Below are positions 1 to 9,674 of a stretch of 64,000 bases of DNA, in pieces. The notes under the pieces are model-generated. The model was not told the DNA's origin and made no database searches. It saw only the letters and a program-made list of their open reading frames with translations. The stretch is from an uncultured Alphaproteobacteria bacterium (GTDB taxonomy: Bacteria > Pseudomonadota > Alphaproteobacteria > Acetobacterales > Acetobacteraceae), in assembly GCA_963714255.1 (NCBI GenBank), contig CAVQNU010000031.1:76323-140322 (forward strand). The letters run 5' to 3'. A program made the position numbers and the translations under genes. How positions within the stretch are numbered: the stretch's first letter is position 1; every line of letters starts with the position of its first letter.

Positions 1-14
1 CGAGTGAGGGTGCG

Positions 15-395
15 ATGAACCGCAAACGGATCCTCGTGGTCGACGATGCGCTGACGGTGCGGATGTACTGTCGCGACGTGCTGGAACGCGCGGGCTTCGC
101 CGTGGAGGAAGCCGGCAACGGCATCGAGGGGCTGGAGCGCGCGCTGGGCGGCGGCTTCGACCTGTTGTTCGTCGACATCAACATGCCGCGCATGGACGGC
201 TACGAAATGGTTCGCCATTTGCGCGAAGACCCGGGGCTGCATGGTGTGCCGGTGGTGGCCATCAGCACCGAGGCCGCCGACGCCGACGTGGTGCGCGCCT
301 ACCGGGCCGGCGCGAATGTCTACATGATCAAGCCGGTGCGCGCCGCCCAGCTTGCCCGCACGGCGCAATTGCTGACCGGGACGCGCGCGTCGTGA
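15..395 (+). CDS. cheY: CheY-like single-domain response regulator
   Basis: 126-aa ORF with receiver motifs: VVDD acidic pocket, phospho-acceptor Asp in LLFVDINMPRMDG, conserved Lys in MIKP. GAGGG Shine-Dalgarno upstream. Stop overlaps the GTG start of the next gene (GTGA). Confidence 0.85.
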   Translation: MNRKRILVVDDALTVRMYCRDVLERAGFAVEEAGNGIEGLERALGGGFDLLFVDINMPRMDGYEMVRHLREDPGLHGVPVVAISTEAADADVVRAYRAGANVYMIKPVRAAQLARTAQLLTGTRAS

Positions 396-2632
396 ACCCG
401 CTGCTTGCCTGTTTCGTGCCAGAGTCCCGCGACCTGCTGCAGGCCGCGACCGCGGGCCTGCTGCGCCTGGAGCGGAATGCGAACGACGAAGAACTGATCA
501 ACGAGGTCTTCCGCGCCGTCCACACGATCAAGGGATCCTCCGGCCTGTTCGACGCGGCGGCACTGACGAGGCTGGTGCACGGGGCGGAGGATTTGCTGGG
601 CGAGGTGCGGGCGGGGCGGCTGGCGCTGACCGCCGGCATGGTCGACCTTCTGCTCGACGCGCTCGACCAGGTCGGCCTGTGGGTCGATGCGCTTGAGCAG
701 CGCGAATGCCTGCCGGCGGCTGCCGAAGCGGAGTCGGCCGGCAGGCTGGCCGGGCTGCGCGCGCTGATGCCGGCGCCGGATGGCGGCACGGACATCGCCG
801 CGGGCGCGGTTGGCGCGCGGCGTGCCGACTGGCTGGCGCTGCTCGACCCGGCCGAGGCCCGCGCCGTGACGCGCCATCTGACGGCGGGGTTGCCGGTCGT
901 CGCCATCCGCTACACGCCCGATGAAGCCTGTTTCTACCGCGGCGAGGACCCGCTGCATCTGCTGCGCCAACTGCCGGACCTGCTGGCGCTGCGCATCGCG
1001 GCCCGCACGCCCTGGCCGCCGGCGGCAGAGCTCGATCCGTACCGCTGCAATCTGGTCTTCCACGCCGTCGCCGCAGCCCCGCCCGATGAAGCCGCGCATC
1101 TGTTCCGCTACGTCGCCGATCAGACCGAGATCGTTGCACTATCGGCGGATATGCCGCCGGCCGCGGACGTGGCCGAGGATTCGTCGTTGCTGCTGTTGCC
1201 GCGCATGCTGGCCGAACAGCGCCGCATTCTGGCGCTGCCGGCCGAGGACGCCGACGACATGCGCCGGCGCATCGCCGGCGTTGCCGGCGCGCTGGGCAAT
1301 CTGCTGCACGGCGCCGACCTGCCGGTTGCGCAGCCGGACTTCGACGCCGCCGTTGCCCAGGCGCTCGACGCCGGCCGCGCGGCACCGCTTTTGGCGCTGC
1401 TCGACCATCTCGAACGGCCCGCGGCCGCCGCCGCCGTGCCCGAAGCCGCCGCCCGCCCGGCCAGCCGGGTGCTGAAGGTCGACCAGGAACGCGTCGACCG
1501 GCTGATGAACCTGATCGGCGAGCTGGTGGTTTCCAAGAACGCCCTGCCCTTTCTCGCCCGCCGCGCCGAGCAGGTGCACGGCAGCCGCGAAATGGCGCGC
1601 GAAATCAAGGACCAGTACGCGGTCATCGACCGGCTGGCGCAGGAAATGCAGGGCGCCATCATGCAGGTGCGCATGATCCCGGTCTCCGAAGTGTTCGAGC
1701 GCTTCCCGCGGCTGGTGCGCGATCTGGCCCGCAAACTCGACAAGCCGATCGAGCTGGTGATCGAGGGCGCGGAAACGGCGGCCGACAAAACCATCATCGA
1801 ATTGCTCGCCGATCCGCTGCTGCACATCGTCCGCAACGCAATCGACCACGGCATCGAGCCGGCGGCGCAGCGCGCGAGCGCCGGCAAGCCGGGCGGTGCC
1901 ACGCTGCGCCTGTCGGCCCACCAGGAGGGCGACCAGGTGGTGATCGAAGTGGCCGATGACGGGCGCGGCATCGATCCCGCCCGGATGCGCCGCTCGGCGG
2001 TCGAGAAAGGACTGCTCGATGCCGAGCAGGCCGACCGGCTGTCCGACCAGGAGGCGGTGAACCTGATTTTCCGCGCCGGTTTTTCGACCGCTGCAGAAAT
2101 CTCCGACCTGTCCGGCCGCGGCGTCGGCATGGATGTGGTGCGCACCACGGTCGACCGGCTGGGCGGCACCGTCGGTGTCACCTCCGTCATCGGCCAGGGC
2201 ACGCGCGTCTGCCTGTCGTTGCCGCTCAGCATGGCGATCACCCGAGTCATGACGGTGGAAGCCGGCGGCACGCTGTTCGGCATTCCGATGGAACTGATCG
2301 GCGAGACGGTGCGGCTCGACCCGCGCCGGGTGCGCGACATCAAACAGGCGAAAACCTTCGTGCTGCGCGACGCGGTGGTGCCGCTGCGCCGGCTCGCCGA
2401 TCTGCTCGGCCTGCAGGTGCCCCCGCCCGAGCCCGACGCGCACCAGGCGGTGCTGGTGGTGCGGGTGGGCGGCGCGCCGGCCGGCCTGGTGGTGGACCGG
2501 TTCCGCGAAGGCATGGACGTCATTCTCAAGCCGATGGACGGGGTGCTCGCCGGGCTGCGCGGTTATGCGGGAACCGCCCTGCTCGGCGACGGCAGCGTGC
2601 TGCTGGTGCTCGACCTGAAGGAGTTGCTCTGA
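392..2632 (+). CDS. cheA: Chemotaxis histidine kinase CheA
   Basis: 746 aa. HPt motif HTIKGSSG, dimerisation segment LKVDQERVDRLMNLIGELVV, HATPase boxes (HIVRNAIDHGIE, DDGRGID, GRGVGMD) and a C-terminal CheW-like domain. Confidence 0.9.
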   Translation: MNPLLACFVPESRDLLQAATAGLLRLERNANDEELINEVFRAVHTIKGSSGLFDAAALTRLVHGAEDLLGEVRAGRLALTAGMVDLLLDALDQVGLWVDALEQRECLPAAAEAESAGRLAGLRALMPAPDGGTDIAAGAVGARRADWLALLDPAEARAVTRHLTAGLPVVAIRYTPDEACFYRGEDPLHLLRQLPDLLALRIAARTPWPPAAELDPYRCNLVFHAVAAAPPDEAAHLFRYVADQTEIVALSADMPPAADVAEDSSLLLLPRMLAEQRRILALPAEDADDMRRRIAGVAGALGNLLHGADLPVAQPDFDAAVAQALDAGRAAPLLALLDHLERPAAAAAVPEAAARPASRVLKVDQERVDRLMNLIGELVVSKNALPFLARRAEQVHGSREMAREIKDQYAVIDRLAQEMQGAIMQVRMIPVSEVFERFPRLVRDLARKLDKPIELVIEGAETAADKTIIELLADPLLHIVRNAIDHGIEPAAQRASAGKPGGATLRLSAHQEGDQVVIEVADDGRGIDPARMRRSAVEKGLLDAEQADRLSDQEAVNLIFRAGFSTAAEISDLSGRGVGMDVVRTTVDRLGGTVGVTSVIGQGTRVCLSLPLSMAITRVMTVEAGGTLFGIPMELIGETVRLDPRRVRDIKQAKTFVLRDAVVPLRRLADLLGLQVPPPEPDAHQAVLVVRVGGAPAGLVVDRFREGMDVILKPMDGVLAGLRGYAGTALLGDGSVLLVLDLKELL

Positions 2633-2877
2633 TGCCGCTGCGAAGCGAGGGCGAGGTGCTGCATTTGCAAGCCGAATGCGGCGTGGAGGAAGCGCTGTCC
2701 CTGCTGGAGCACCTGGCCGCGGCCGCGCCGCCCGGCGTCGATCTGCGCACCTGCACGCATCTGCACACGGCGCTGGTGCAGGTGCTGGCGGCCTGTCGCC
2801 CGCGCGTCGTGCGCATGCCCGAGGACGCCTTCCTGGCCCGCTGGCTGATGCCCCTGCTGCAGGCGCCGCAGCCATGA
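2632..2877 (+). CDS. Small conserved-looking protein coupled to cheA (possible STAS-like fold; function unknown)
   Basis: 81-aa ORF whose ATG shares one base with the cheA TGA (TGATG). Strong GC3 bias typical of real genes here. No catalytic motif recognised. Confidence 0.5.
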   Translation: MPLRSEGEVLHLQAECGVEEALSLLEHLAAAAPPGVDLRTCTHLHTALVQVLAACRPRVVRMPEDAFLARWLMPLLQAPQP

Positions 2878-2950
2878 GCCACACGCGCTGCCGCCAACAC
2901 CACCCGACACCCAAGCGTCCGCGCGCCGTTGTTCGTTTCTGGAGGCTCGC

Positions 2951-3325
2951 ATGAGCAAGACCATCATGATCGTCGACAATTCGCCCACCATGCTGCTCAG
3001 CCTGGACGGCATCCTGTCCAAGGCCGGCTATGCCGTCGCGCAGGCGCGCAGCGGCGAGGAGGCGGTCGGCGCGCTGAAGGGCGGTCTGCGCCCGGCGATG
3101 GTGATCACCGATTTCAACATGGGGACTATGAACGGCATCGAGGTGGTGCGCCAGGTGCGGCGGATGCCGGGGCTGCAGTTCACGCCGCTGGTGCTGCTCA
3201 CCACCAAATCGCAGCGCGACCGCCGCGATGAGGCGCGCAGCGCCGGCGCCACCGGCTGGCTGGTCAAGCCCGTGCAGGCCGAGGCTTTGCTGCAGGTGGT
3301 GCGCCAGCTCGTGCCGGGAAGCTGA
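2951..3325 (+). CDS. CheY-like receiver protein
   Basis: 124 aa. [10 protein letters not shown], Asp in [13 protein letters not shown], Lys in WLVKP. GGAGG-like SD (ctggaggctcgcATG). Confidence 0.85.
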   Translation: MSKTIMIVDNSPTMLLSLDGILSKAGYAVAQARSGEEAVGALKGGLRPAMVITDFNMGTMNGIEVVRQVRRMPGLQFTPLVLLTTKSQRDRRDEARSAGATGWLVKPVQAEALLQVVRQLVPGS

Positions 3326-3330
3326 GGCGG

Positions 3331-4703
3331 TTGGGCGCTGCGATGTCGTCCCCCCCGGCGCGCCGCAAGCCGATGGCGAGCAGCAACGGCTTGCGGATCG
3401 TTCTCAGCCGGCGTTTTGGTCACTACCTGGGGCTGACCTTCGCGGCAACCGCCGCCCTCGCGTTCGCCGGCGTCTTGCTGCTGCACCACGCGGTCCACGC
3501 GCTCGGCGATGCGCTCGGGCTGAGCCACGGGCTGTTCGATGCCGTCGGCGCGGTCGCCGTTCTGCTGGGCGGCGGCGGGGCGATGCTGCTGGCCATGTCG
3601 ATGTACCGCCACCTGTTCCAGGAGACCGTCCTCGTCACCTGCGGCCATCGCGTCACCGCCGGGCTGTGCGACCGCGACGCGGCGCTGTCGCGTGCGCTTT
3701 CCGACCGGCAGCGTCTGGATGCTGAGCTGCGGGCGGTGCGCGTGCACGGCCAGGAAATTGCCGCTGCCTTTCCCGAGATTGCCGCTGCGAACGGGAAACT
3801 GCGCGCGTGCATCGACGCCACCGCCGGCCTCACCGAGGACGCCGCGCGGCAGATCATCGAACGCCTGCACCGGGTGGACGAGTCGGTGCACCTGCTCGTG
3901 CAGCTTCTGTTGCAGTCAGGCCAGCAGTCGGACAGCATCATCCGCCAGGCGCGCGACCGGGTCGGTGCCAATCACCGTTTTGTAGCCGACATGGAAAGCT
4001 ACGTGCACAGCCGGCGCGACGAAGTGCAGGCCCACCGCACCCAGTTCATGGAAATCATCGGCACGATCACCGCGTTCGGCCGCAACCTCGGTGCCATCGA
4101 GGCGATCGCCGCGCAGACCAACCTGCTGGCATTGAACGCCACCATCGAGGCGGCGCGTGCCGGCGAGGCGGGCCGCGGTTTCACCGTGGTGGCCAGCGAG
4201 GTGCGCCAGCTTTCGCACCAGACCGTTGCCGCCGCCGACGAGATCCGCGCCGGGCTGGCCCGCATGCAGCACATGATCGACCGGTTCCTGGTCGAACGGG
4301 TCGATGCGGCGCAAACCAGCCGGGAGATCGAGAAGCTGGAATCCTTCGGCCACGAGCTGAGCCAGGCCGTGGACGGTTACAACGAGCTGACCGGCTATCT
4401 GCGCGAAGTAATCGACGCGGCCGATGGCCAAAGCCAGCAAGTGGCCGCCCGCATTGCCGACGCAATCGGCGGCGTCCAGTTCCAGGAACATCGTCCGCCA
4501 GCGCCTGGAGCAGGTGGTGCACGCTCTGTCGGTGCTCGACGCGAGCAGCAGCAGGCTGGCGGAGGCGATCGGGACCCTGCCCGAAATCACGCCCGATCGG
4601 CGAGGCGCTCGCCGCAGTGCGCGATCTGGCCGGGTGTGGCGTGCTGTGCGGCTGCGGCGGCGCCGGCCCGTCTGCCGAGCCGGCGGTCGAGCTGTTCGGC
4701 TGA
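3331..4703 (+). pseudogene. Methyl-accepting chemotaxis protein, reading frame broken twice
   Basis: N-terminal two-TM region followed by the MCP signalling hairpin ([37 protein letters not shown]). Frame 1 degenerates after GGVQFQ at about 4486. The conserved continuation [17 protein letters not shown] is in frame 2, and the C-terminus PIGEALAAV...AVELFG* is in frame 0 from about 4592. Confidence 0.7.
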
Positions 4704-5170
4704 CAGGATTCCGCCATGATGCGTGCGTGGCCGCGCGCCCGGGCCGGGAAAGAGGTGGCATGTACGCGCACGGATTCGACTTGGCTTCACGGTGGCGTTC
4801 CTGTCCTGCGCGGCGTTGGGCGCGGTTGCCTGCACGCGACGCGCCAGTTGAATGCGATCGTGGACCGGTTCGGCGCCATCTGGCTGGGCCAGGTTTTCGC
4901 GACGACCGGCGGCGCGGCCTGCTGGCGGCCTGGACCGGCGTGCCGCGGCGGTGGAGCAGCCGAGTACGGCGGCAAGCGACATGTCCCGCGGTGCCGCCGA
5001 TGCAGCGCATCACACAGCGCTTGTGTCGGACCCGGTCGGCACGCTGACCCGGATGTCCGGCGGGGCGGGCAAGCCGGCCACGCAGGTGCCCGGCGCCGCC
5101 GAGAAGCTGGCCCAGCAGTCCGAGACGCACCGCGGCGGAGTCGGAGGCTCCATCAGCGGCATCCCTGCCG

Positions 5171-5255
5171 CTTAAGTCAGGGTTCCAAGGGCCTCCGGCC
5201 CTTGGTGGGGTGCAGGGGCAAAGCCCCTGTCCGGGTCCGGGGCAGCGCCCCGGCT
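5171..5255. repeat. Copy of intergenic GC-rich palindromic repeat family
   Basis: cttaagtcagggttccaagggcctccggcccttggtggggtgcaggggcaaagcccctg... shares modules with the copies at 27300-27385 and 50290-50433. Confidence 0.7.
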
Positions 5256-5426
5256 GCGAAGTTGCAGGTCCGTCAGTCGCTCCACAACGGCGATCACCGC
5301 CCCCGCACCCAGCAGCGCCCCGGCCGCTGTCCACCCATTGCCCGTCATGAGGGCGAACATGGCGATCAATCCGAGCACAAGCGCCACCACATAGCCGCTG
5401 CGCCGGATGCTGTCGGATTTTTCCAT
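5172..5426 (-). CDS. Small membrane protein (hypothetical)
   Basis: ATG at 5426 preceded by a strong AAGGAG SD. Hydrophobic segments: YVVALVLGLIAMFALM and AAGALLGAGAVIAVV. The last ~25 codons are read from the repeat copy. Confidence 0.5.
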   Translation of the reverse strand: MEKSDSIRRSGYVVALVLGLIAMFALMTGNGWTAAGALLGAGAVIAVVERLTDLQLRSRGAAPDPDRGFAPAPHQGPEALGTLT

Positions 5427-5708
5427 GCTGGCGGACTCCTTCTTGGAACAACTGCATCCTCGCACCGGGTTCGGGCGCAAGTCGGGCCGGATCGTGGCCG
5501 AAGCAAGGCGCGGGGCGGTTTGGGCGCCGTGCACGGTTGCCGCCACGTCCAGCCAGATGCGCCGCATCGGTCTGTCGTCGCATACCGGCCCCGCATACCG
5601 GCCTCGCATACCGGGAAAAGGCATCCGGTTGCCCGCGATACTGGCGTCCCGCAGGCAGCCTCGCTAGCATCGCGGTCCGAAGGAGGCATGGATGCCAGCA
5701 CCTGCCGA

Positions 5709-5992
5709 TGAGTGAGGTGATCGCGCTGAGCCACGCCCGCGACGACACGATGTGGGCGGTGGTGGCCAATATCGGCAAGACCAGCCGGGTCGCCGACATC
5801 TACCCTACCCGCGGAGCGGCCCTGGCCGATCGCGCCTGGCGCGAACAGCAGGTGCGGGCCTACACGGCGCTTTTGGAGAGCTGCCGGCAAGGCAGGCCGC
5901 GCTACAGTGTCGTACCAATGCGGCGGGCGGATCTGCCGCGTAAATGGACCCCGCTGCCCGCGCTGGGCTTCCTGCGCGGGCAATTTTTTTGA
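5709..5992 (+). CDS. Hypothetical protein
   Basis: 94 codons from the ATG at 5709 with high GC3. No clear SD and no recognised motif. Confidence 0.35.
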
Positions 5993-6002
5993 AATCAAGA
6001 TG

Positions 6003-6060
6003 AAGGCCAGGGCGCTGCCCTGGACCCGCCAGGGCCGGGAGGCCCCTGGACCCCCGCTAC
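6003..6060. repeat. Copy of palindromic repeat family (half unit)
   Basis: gaaggccagggcgctgccctggacccgccagggccgggaggcccctggaccc. Confidence 0.7.
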
Positions 6061-6147
6061 ATAGCGAAGCTCGGCAAAAAGGAGGTCGGGTCTTGGCTGG
6101 CATTCCGAAGCGTTAACGGGCACACTCTTCGGGACAGAGGGGGAACA

Positions 6148-6756
6148 ATGAAGCGTTTTGTGGTATTCGTGGCGATGGGTTTGGCACTGTCCTCGCCGGG
6201 CAGCGCGGCGCAACTGCAAGGCGTGACGCTGCCGGATACCCAATCGGTCGGGCACACCGAATTGCGGCTCAACGGCATCGCGCTGCGGACCTACTCGATT
6301 TTGCGCATCCCGATCTACGTGGCCGGGCTGTACCTCGTTCGCCCGGATAGCGACCCCGACCATATCCTCCGCTCCGCCGAGATGAAGCTGTTGGATATCC
6401 GCTTCATCCATGATGTCGATGCGGCGAGCGCGCGGACCGCGTGGCAGGAAGGCTTCGACCAGAACTGCGTCGCGCCCTGTCAGCTTCGCGCGGCGGATGT
6501 CCAGCGGTTCCTCGCCAGCGTGCCCGGGATGCGCGAGGGCGACCGGTTCAGCATCCTGTTCACCCGCGACGGCGCCGAAATCGCGGCGAACGGCCGGTCC
6601 ATCGGCAGCATCGCTGACCGCGGGTTCGCCACCGCCATGCTGACCACGTTCATTGGTCCGCAGCCGCCGACGCCGCGACTGAAGCAGGAACTGCTTGGCG
6701 TGCACGATGTGAAGCAAGCCCAGGCCGCCGGCAGTTTTGCCCGCGCCCGCCGCTGA
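6148..6756 (+). CDS. Secreted chalcone-isomerase-like family protein
   Basis: Signal peptide MKRFVVFVAMGLALSSPGSAA. Family-typical LRLNGIALRTYSILRIPIYVAGLYL block. Confidence 0.7.
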   Translation: MKRFVVFVAMGLALSSPGSAAQLQGVTLPDTQSVGHTELRLNGIALRTYSILRIPIYVAGLYLVRPDSDPDHILRSAEMKLLDIRFIHDVDAASARTAWQEGFDQNCVAPCQLRAADVQRFLASVPGMREGDRFSILFTRDGAEIAANGRSIGSIADRGFATAMLTTFIGPQPPTPRLKQELLGVHDVKQAQAAGSFARARR

Positions 6757-6786
6757 CCTGGCAAACTCCCGGAACAGCCCGATGGC

Positions 6787-9102
6787 TCACGCGCGCACCG
6801 GGGCAATGATTGTGGTGCTTTCGATGTCCAGCGCCGCGCGCCGCAGATGGATCACATGGTACTCGCCGCGCAGCCAGGGGCCGAACTGGTCGCGGTAATG
6901 CGCACTGCCCGGCACGCCGGAATTGCCGATGTTCTGAATGGCGAGGAACGAGTCAGGCGCCGACAAATCGGCCACCATGCGGTACTCGGCGCCCGAGCCG
7001 GCGGCGTGCGGCGGTAACTCCCCACCGGTGTTGCGCAGCGTGTGCGATCCGCCGTCCACCGGCGCCGGCCCGATATCCAGCGCCCCGGCGAGCGCCGGCG
7101 AACTGAGCGGATGGCGCCAATGCGCCGTGTGCACCCGCCCCCAGTGCCAGCCCGCTGCGTTCTTGCCCAGACGCCGCTCCAGCGTGGCCACCGCCTGCCG
7201 GGCAACAACCCGCACCGCGGCCGGCGTGCCGGCGGCGAAGCAGGACAGGCCGTCCTGCTCCAGCAGCGCCGCCGCCAGCCCGGTCTGCTGCATGGTCAGA
7301 TCCAGCAGCCGCTCCGGCAGGTACTGGCTGGCGACGCTGCGCTGCCAGAGCGCCATGAAAGTTTCGAATAGCGTCGGCGCGGTGCTGTCCAGCGTATAGC
7401 GCCCGTCCCAGCCGGACAGAGCGGACACCAGGGCGGCGAGGCCGGGATCGGGCCGGCGGGCCAGATGGCGCAGAATGTGCGGCGCGAGCCGCACCGCCCG
7501 GGGGCTGAGCAGATCGTTCTGCAGGCTGATATTGGCGTCCAGGCCCAATGTGCCGGCGGCGAGGACCGCGTCGAGCCGTGCGCCGCGATGGCCTTGCGAA
7601 TAGGCGCCATAGATCGGCCGCTTATCATCCGCCGGCAGCGGCCGCTGGTTGGCGCTGGCGAGGAACCCGCAATCCGGATCGCGGCGGGTTGGAAGGTCCT
7701 CGAAGCGCAGATACGACACCCAGCGATCGGCGCCGTTGCCGGCATCGCGGTAGCCGGGGGTGACGCGTCCGCGCACCGGAACGCGCCCGGCCATCTGATA
7801 GCCGATGGTGCCGCCGGCCTCGGCAAAGACAAAGTTGAACACCGGCAGCGCCCAGTCGCGCAGGGTGCGGCGGAACTGCTGCCAGGTGCGGGCGCGCGAC
7901 AAGCCCACCAGGGCGCGCAGATCGTCCAGATGCTCCATGCCCACCCAGCGCAGCGACAGCGGCGGATCGCCATTGGGGCCCAGCGCCGGCACCAGCGCAT
8001 TCACCACCGGGCCGCGTAGGGTCGAGCGGATGGCAAGCGTGCGCGCCGCCTCGCCGCGCACATTGATCGTCACCTCGCGGGTGTCGAACCGAAGCCAGAT
8101 GTCGCCGTCGCGGTAGCGTCCGGGGTCGGCCGGGTCGACCTCCTCGCGATACAGGTCGCGGGTGGAGGCCATGTTGTTGGTGAGCGCCCAGGCCGCCGCG
8201 CCGTTGCTGCCCCACCACAAGCCGGGCAGGCCGGGATGGCCGCAGCCGGCGGCGGCGTCCTCGGGGCCGTGCAGGGCGAATTCATACCAGGACGAAGGCA
8301 CCCAGAAAGGCTGGTGCGGATCGCCGCAGACGATCGGCGTGCCGGTGCCGGTGCGGCTGGGGGAGAGCGCCCAGTTGTTGCTGCCGGTAGCATCGTCGGT
8401 GCCCGCGGCAGTGCCCGGCAGGATGACGTTCTCCGAGGCTTCCGGGGTCAGGAAGGGCGCGCGCAGCGGCTCCGGGAAGAAGCCCGCGCATTCGGCGGCC
8501 GCGAGCCGGTCGATGCGTCCGCTCAGCGACCACCAGAAGCCGCGCGCGATGGCCAGCACGCAGCGCGGCGTGAACGGCGCCGGACGGTAGGCCAGCAGGC
8601 GGAATTCGACCGGCAGGTCGTCGCCGGCGGCTTCGATGAAACGGTTAATTCCGGCGACCATTGCCGCGACCACCGCGCCGGTCGCCGGATCGATGGCGGC
8701 GGCCTCGCGGGTGCAAATCTCATCGAGACCAATGGTCAAATGGGCCGCATCGGCGGCAACATAGTCCGGGCCGAGGATTTCCGCCTGCTGCCCGAGCGCG
8801 CGGCGGCGGAGCCGGTCCATTTGCCACAGCCGGTCCTGCGCCATGGCGAAGCCCAGGCCGAAATACAGGTCTTCGGTGCTGGCGGCGTAAATATGCGGGA
8901 TGCCGGCGCGGTCGCGCAGGATTTCCACCGTGGCGCCCACCGGGCCCGCAAGCGTGCGGTCGCCAAGGACCGCGTGGCGGGCCAGCCAGGCATCGCGGGC
9001 AGCATTGAACGCGGCTGGAGCTACGCCCAGGTCCCGGCAGATCGCCTCGGGCGACCGGGCACCGCGCAGGGCGGCGAGAAGGGCGGCGTCGTCGAGTTGC
9101 AT
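6787..9102 (-). CDS. Penicillin/AHL acylase family Ntn-hydrolase
   Basis: 771 aa. Autoprocessing/nucleophile site GSNNWAL, GDPH block, and alpha-subunit motifs GIPHIYA and DRLWQMD. No N-terminal signal peptide visible. Confidence 0.9.
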   Translation of the reverse strand: MQLDDAALLAALRGARSPEAICRDLGVAPAAFNAARDAWLARHAVLGDRTLAGPVGATVEILRDRAGIPHIYAASTEDLYFGLGFAMAQDRLWQMDRLRRRALGQQAEILGPDYVAADAAHLTIGLDEICTREAAAIDPATGAVVAAMVAGINRFIEAAGDDLPVEFRLLAYRPAPFTPRCVLAIARGFWWSLSGRIDRLAAAECAGFFPEPLRAPFLTPEASENVILPGTAAGTDDATGSNNWALSPSRTGTGTPIVCGDPHQPFWVPSSWYEFALHGPEDAAAGCGHPGLPGLWWGSNGAAAWALTNNMASTRDLYREEVDPADPGRYRDGDIWLRFDTREVTINVRGEAARTLAIRSTLRGPVVNALVPALGPNGDPPLSLRWVGMEHLDDLRALVGLSRARTWQQFRRTLRDWALPVFNFVFAEAGGTIGYQMAGRVPVRGRVTPGYRDAGNGADRWVSYLRFEDLPTRRDPDCGFLASANQRPLPADDKRPIYGAYSQGHRGARLDAVLAAGTLGLDANISLQNDLLSPRAVRLAPHILRHLARRPDPGLAALVSALSGWDGRYTLDSTAPTLFETFMALWQRSVASQYLPERLLDLTMQQTGLAAALLEQDGLSCFAAGTPAAVRVVARQAVATLERRLGKNAAGWHWGRVHTAHWRHPLSSPALAGALDIGPAPVDGGSHTLRNTGGELPPHAAGSGAEYRMVADLSAPDSFLAIQNIGNSGVPGSAHYRDQFGPWLRGEYHVIHLRRAALDIESTTIIAPVRA

Positions 9103-9674
9103 GTCCGGCGGTCCTTCCGGTTTTTGGCCGCTTTTCTTGTCGGCCGGGCGGGAGCGCTTTCAGGCCTGGCTTAGTTTGACAAAATCACATTCCCGGCTGA
9201 CCGTGATGGGTTTGGATGCGGGGGCAAAGCGTTGGCCTCTGGGATCGCCTCACATTTTCGATTGAAAGGGGAATCTCTTGTCGAATCAATGGGGCTCCAC
9301 GTACATCCTGGAGCCTGGAAGGCGAAATGAGGCAATCAATTCGTCCGATGACGGTATGTATGTGCCGATGAACTGCGACGGCATCGCTGATCGATGGGAT
9401 TGCCGATGCATTCGCGCCGATGGCCGTTCGGTATGGCCCCTTCTTGCGCACCCGTGATCGCGACAACCCGCCAGCGGCCGGGCGGTACCGGAACGGGCTG
9501 GCGCAAACCACGGAAGGCCACATTCGCCGCGATGGCCGCCGTGGTTGATCAGGGCTGCGCGCAACTGTTGCAGCATTTGATCCTCAACTCGCCGTGGCGG
9601 CACAAGCCGGTGGTGGCGCAGATCGGCCAGGATGCCGACCGCCTGCCCGGCGGCGAGCCGATCGGTTGCCTTGT

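Noticed and set aside
4716-5175. ORFs between the MCP and the small membrane protein (4716-5711, 4852-5175, 4587-4982 minus)
   Set aside because: They are mutually overlapping with no motifs. Only the 3' part of 4852-5175 (from the ATG at 4981) has gene-like GC3, which is not enough evidence to call a gene.
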